Below are positions 60,226 through 64,000 of a stretch of 64,000 nucleotides of DNA, piece after piece (the stretch's first letter is position 1; each line of letters starts with the position of its first letter). The notes beneath the pieces are model-generated. The model had not been told where the DNA came from, did not search any database, and saw nothing but the letters and a program-made list of their open reading frames with translations. The position numbers and the translations under genes are program-made. The stretch is from NCBI GenBank assembly GCA_963639245.1, contig CAVHVI010000001.1, positions 7,145-71,144 of the forward strand, in the 5' to 3' direction. This DNA comes from Bacteroidaceae bacterium. Its GTDB lineage: Bacteria; Pseudomonadota; Gammaproteobacteria; Enterobacterales; Succinivibrionaceae.

Positions 60226-60829
60226 AGATAATATCCACAACCTGTCTAAAGTTGTTCTGAATATTCTTAGCATTGCCATCACGTATAAAGGTGATGTATC
60301 CACAGAAGAATACCCCAAGCATCTCAGCTGCCAGCGCTACATTTAAATCAGCAGGTAGCTGTTTCTTTTGCACCGCATTCTCCAAGGCCTGCTGTACAAA
60401 GGCCTCCTGCTTATTAAAAAGCTCAGTTAGACGCTCACGTACATTATCTGAGCCACAGGCTCCTGACATGATCTTGCCCACCAAACCAAAAAGAGCTGAG
60501 GAGAAGAACTGAACGCGATCATCATCATTACAGCGCAAAAGCCACATCTTAAGCTTGCCTAAGGGATCCATCTCCTGAGGATCGGCAGCCTGCCTAATGA
60601 AATCAAGATCAGACATATTGTTATTGCTGCAGAAATTCTCACAGATTTCAACGAGGATGTCGCCCTTATCTTTAAAGTGCCAGTAAATAGCTCCACGGGT
60701 TACGTCAGCAAATCTTGCGATATCAGATAAAGAGGTGCTCTCATATCCTCTTCTTGAAAAAAGACGATAGGCAGACTCCAAAATAGCCTGTCTGGTACGC
60801 TCAGCTTCCTCGTGAGTTCTCTTGGCCAT
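60182..60829 (-). CDS. acrR: TetR-family repressor AcrR
   Basis: MAKRT..EAE.TRQ.IL, VTRGAIYWHFKDK. Divergent from acrAB. Confidence 0.9.
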   Translation of the reverse strand: MAKRTHEEAERTRQAILESAYRLFSRRGYESTSLSDIARFADVTRGAIYWHFKDKGDILVEICENFCSNNNMSDLDFIRQAADPQEMDPLGKLKMWLLRCNDDDRVQFFSSALFGLVGKIMSGACGSDNVRERLTELFNKQEAFVQQALENAVQKKQLPADLNVALAAEMLGVFFCGYITFIRDGNAKNIQNNFRQVVDIIFNSMLHGDAGSHQR

Positions 60830-60834
60830 GTTTT

Positions 60835-60975
60835 ACATACCTCCGTGTATGTATGTTTAAGTTGGCTGAATTCTAACATAAATTTTACACATACAGACGG
60901 AAATGTATGTTTATTGCACTTTTACAGACATAAATGTATGTTTGTATAGTCAAACATACATTTATGAATGTATGT
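60835..60975. promoter_or_regulatory. Four AcrR-type operators ACAKAC-N10-GTWTGT
   Basis: Copies at 60835-60856, 60889-60910, 60924-60945 and 60954-60975. The last, ACATACATTTATGAATGTATGT, closely matches the E. coli AcrR inverted repeat. Confidence 0.8.
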
Positions 60976-61071
60976 CTGTGATATACTGCACAGGCTAAGT
61001 TTGATATGTGTTTGATTTAGTACAATATTTACGGACATTTGTGCGTTTTTTGTAAAGCAAAAGCTATTAGG

Positions 61072-61119
61072 TTGTACAGTTAAATGAACTTGTACAGTTA
61101 AAAAAACGTCAACTGTATA
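61072..61119. repeat. Direct repeat TTGTACAGTTAAA x2 plus an inverted partial copy upstream of acrA
   Basis: Copies at 61072-61084 and 61090-61102, and AACTGTATA at 61111-61119. Confidence 0.65.
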
Positions 61120-61225
61120 TAGAATTACGCATTCAGATTTAAAAAGCTTAAGATTTTTTCTGTATATGATCTGCGACAAAAATATGCGCCGATCATCGCA
61201 GCCACCCTCAAGACTAGGATCAACT

Positions 61226-62410
61226 ATGAATGTTTCATTAAGATCGCTCACCCTTATTTCTGCATCCTTAGCGCTAGCCCTTACTATGCAAGGTTGCTCA
61301 AAGGAAGTTCAACAGGGAGAAATACCTGCTACGCCTGTTGATGTCAGCATTGTTAGCACTCAAGACATGCCGGTGATCTCACATCTAACCGGTAGAGCCA
61401 ATTCCACTCGCAAAGCCGAGGTACGTCCTCAGGTTTCAGGAATTATTCAAGAGCGTCTTTTTGAAGAAGGAACAATAGTTAAAAAGGGTACTCAGCTCTA
61501 TCAGATCGATCCTTCAGTATATGAGGCTCAGGTAGCATCTGCAGAGGCTGCCTTGGCATCTGCTAAGGCCACACTGCACAGCTCACAGCTTAGAGCCGAG
61601 CGCTTTGCCTCCTTGCTAAATCAAAAGGCTGTGTCTAAGCAGGACTATGACGACGCTCAGGCAACCTATTTATCTAATAAAGCTGCAGTTCAATCTGCAG
61701 AAGCTGCTCTTAAGACAGCTAACATCAATTTAGCTTATACCAAGGTCTATGCTCCTATCACCGGAACTATCAGCCGCTCTAATATTACCGAGGGTGCCTT
61801 AGTATCTAATGCACAAGCCACTCCTCTTGCCACCATTCAGCAGCTTGATCCTATTTATGTCGACTTAGGTCAGACCGTTGAGGATAACATTGCTATGCGT
61901 AAGGCCATCGCCAATGGTCAGCTCAAGACTGAAAATGGCAAGGCCACTGTTGATATCTATTATTCAAACGGTGATAAATATCCATATCAGGGAACCTTGG
62001 AATTTGCTGAAGTGTCCGTTGATGAAACCACTGGCATGGTAAATTTACGCGCACTAATCCCCAATCCTGATAACTCCATCCTGCCTTCAATGTTCTTACG
62101 TGGAGATATCAATGAGGGCGTAACCCCCAATGCAGTAGTCGTAACTGCCGCCGGTGTTCAGCGTGAGGCTAACGGTACCACCTATGTACTCTTAGCTAAC
62201 GATCAGAACTTAGTTGAGCGCCGTAATGTGGTATTAGGTACATCCTACAATAATATGTACCTAGTAAAAGATGGATTAAAGGGTGGTGAAAAGGTCATCA
62301 TCAGCAATACCCAGAAGATCCGTGAGGGTGCTCCAGTAACTCCACTTACCCAAGAGCAAGCTCAAGCAATGGATAAGGCTCAGGCAGAAAAAGCCCAGGC
62401 TGCACAGTAA
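61226..62410 (+). CDS. acrA: RND efflux periplasmic adaptor lipoprotein
   Basis: Lipobox MQGC, AEVRPQVSGII, LYQIDP, APITG, QQLDPIYVD. Confidence 0.93.
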   Translation: MNVSLRSLTLISASLALALTMQGCSKEVQQGEIPATPVDVSIVSTQDMPVISHLTGRANSTRKAEVRPQVSGIIQERLFEEGTIVKKGTQLYQIDPSVYEAQVASAEAALASAKATLHSSQLRAERFASLLNQKAVSKQDYDDAQATYLSNKAAVQSAEAALKTANINLAYTKVYAPITGTISRSNITEGALVSNAQATPLATIQQLDPIYVDLGQTVEDNIAMRKAIANGQLKTENGKATVDIYYSNGDKYPYQGTLEFAEVSVDETTGMVNLRALIPNPDNSILPSMFLRGDINEGVTPNAVVVTAAGVQREANGTTYVLLANDQNLVERRNVVLGTSYNNMYLVKDGLKGGEKVIISNTQKIREGAPVTPLTQEQAQAMDKAQAEKAQAAQ

Positions 62411-62436
62411 AACGGTTAAGAGGTTAATCAAAACTC

Positions 62437-64000
62437 ATGGCACGTTTCTTTATTAATAGACCAGTATTTGCATGGGTGATCGCAATCATGATCATGCTTG
62501 CAGGTATTTTGTCCATCAAAACATTACCGGTATCTCAATACCCTACTATTGCACCTCCCTCAGTATCTATTCGTGCATCCTACCCTGGTGCTGATGCCAC
62601 TACCACTGAGCGTGCGGTAACGCAGATCATTGAGCAGAACATGGTGGGTCTTGATGGCTACATGTATATGAGTGCATCTTCAGACTCCTATGGTAATTCC
62701 TCAATTCAAATTACCTTTGAGCCTGGTACCAACGCCGATATTGCACAGGTGCAGGTACAAAATAAGATGCAACAGACTCAGTCACAGTTGCCATCTACAG
62801 TACAGCAAAACGGTGTTGACGTATCCAAATCAACCGATGCCTTCTTGATGGTTATCGGCCTTGTTTCTAAGGATGATGCGCACTCTAATTCCGATCTGTC
62901 AGATTATCTAGTTGCCAACATTAAAGAGCCACTATCACGTATTGATGGCGTAGGCTCAGTACAGGTGTTTGGTGGCCAATATGCTATGCGTGTCTGGCTT
63001 GATCCTAATAAGCTCAATGATCTTAAGATCGCCCCCTCTGAGGTTGCATCTGCCATTAAGGTACAAAATGCTCAGGTTACCTATGGCTCCTTAGGTGGAA
63101 CACCTGCAGTTGAGGGCACTCTTTATAACTACTCCATCACCGGTCAGTCAAATCTTGAGACAGTACAGCAATTTGAGAACGTATTATTACGTGTAAATAC
63201 CGATGGTACTAAGGTCTATCTTAAGGATGTAGCCCGTATCGAGCTTGGTGAGGAATCCTATAACTACGATTCAAAATATAACGGTAAGGTAAGCTCGGGT
63301 ATTGCAGTTCGTCTATCAGCTGGTGCTAACGCTCTTGATACTGCCAATCGTATCAAGGAGCTTATGAATAACCTCTCTCCCTACTTCCCTGAATGGATGG
63401 AGGTCAACTATCCTTACGATACCACCGAGTTCATTAATGAGTCCATTAACGAAGTAGTACATACTCTATTTGAGGCTATCGTTCTAGTTATTCTCATTAT
63501 GTACCTCTTCATGCAGAACTTCCGTGCAACCTTGATCCCGTCAATCACCGTGCCGGTAGTATTGCTTGGAGCCTTCGCTATCATGAAGGCCTGCGATTTC
63601 TCCATTAATACCCTCACCATGTTCGGTCTAGTGCTGGCCATTGGTCTGTTGGTTGACGATGCCATTATCGTGGTTGAAAACGTAGAGCGTATTTTGTCTG
63701 AGGATCCTGATATCACGCCTAAGCAGGCGGCAATGAAATCCATGGATGAGTTAACCGGCGCTCTAGTTGGTATCGCCATGGTGCTATCTGCCGTGTTTAT
63801 TCCTATGGCCTTCTTTGGTGGATCAACTGGTGTTATTTATCGTCAGTTCTCAATTACCATAGTATCGGCCATGGTGCTGTCGGTATTAATTGCACTTATT
63901 CTAACCCCTGCACTTTGCGCAACCATGCTTAAGTCAAAAGCAGAGCGTGACGCTGCTCCTAAGAATAAGTTAGTTCGTTTTGCAGAAAGAAACCTCGAGC
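62437..64000 (+). CDS. acrB: RND efflux transporter (HAE1), 3'-truncated by the window
   Basis: Hand translation [17 protein letters not shown]..., [25 protein letters not shown] with the proton-relay Asp pair. Confidence 0.95.
   Translation, partial: MARFFINRPVFAWVIAIMIMLAGILSIKTLPVSQYPTIAPPSVSIRASYPGADATTTERAVTQIIEQNMVGLDGYMYMSASSDSYGNSSIQITFEPGTNADIAQVQVQNKMQQTQSQLPSTVQQNGVDVSKSTDAFLMVIGLVSKDDAHSNSDLSDYLVANIKEPLSRIDGVGSVQVFGGQYAMRVWLDPNKLNDLKIAPSEVASAIKVQNAQVTYGSLGGTPAVEGTLYNYSITGQSNLETVQQFENVLLRVNTDGTKVYLKDVARIELGEESYNYDSKYNGKVSSGIAVRLSAGANALDTANRIKELMNNLSPYFPEWMEVNYPYDTTEFINESINEVVHTLFEAIVLVILIMYLFMQNFRATLIPSITVPVVLLGAFAIMKACDFSINTLTMFGLVLAIGLLVDDAIIVVENVERILSEDPDITPKQAAMKSMDELTGALVGIAMVLSAVFIPMAFFGGSTGVIYRQFSITIVSAMVLSVLIALILTPALCATMLKSKAERDAAPKNKLVRFAERNLE

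Noticed and set aside
60835..60975. CRISPR-like array
   Set aside because: The repeats are degenerate 22-bp palindromes with irregular spacing that match AcrR operators. No cas genes are present.
60922..61251. 109-aa minus-strand ORF in the acrR-acrA intergenic region
   Set aside because: It overlaps operators and the acrA start and has no recognisable features. Likely spurious.

Overview
A mostly housekeeping window from a gammaproteobacterium. Gene order and protein similarity suggest Aeromonadales/Succinivibrionaceae, but this is an inference. It holds the complete S10-spc-alpha ribosomal protein cluster plus yggS-proC-yggT, parC, pyrE/yicC, cysS/ppiB/lpxH, polA, trxA, ddl, rho, the lptM-lysA-dapF-xerC-yigB-uvrD run, cyaA, hemXY, ilvEDA, dsbA and acrR-acrAB. 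The standout is that the alpha operon encodes two full-length RNA polymerase alpha subunits (rpsD-rpoA1-rplQ-rpoA2). Their C-terminal domains are almost identical, but the N-terminal assembly domains have lost complementary motifs. One copy lost R44/R45 and HEYS, the other lost ERGFG and the R191 RVEQRTD loop. This points to an obligate alpha heterodimer with dedicated beta-side and beta'-side subunits. Other observations: a YggS-ProC fusion, UvrD without its C-terminal domain, hemXY kept while hemCD and cyaY are absent from the locus, rph missing between yicC and pyrE, an orphan squalene synthase coupled to dsbA, a stand-alone 14-codon ORF, a candidate ilvE leader peptide and four AcrR operators. 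No rRNA, tRNA, CRISPR array or IS element was recognised.
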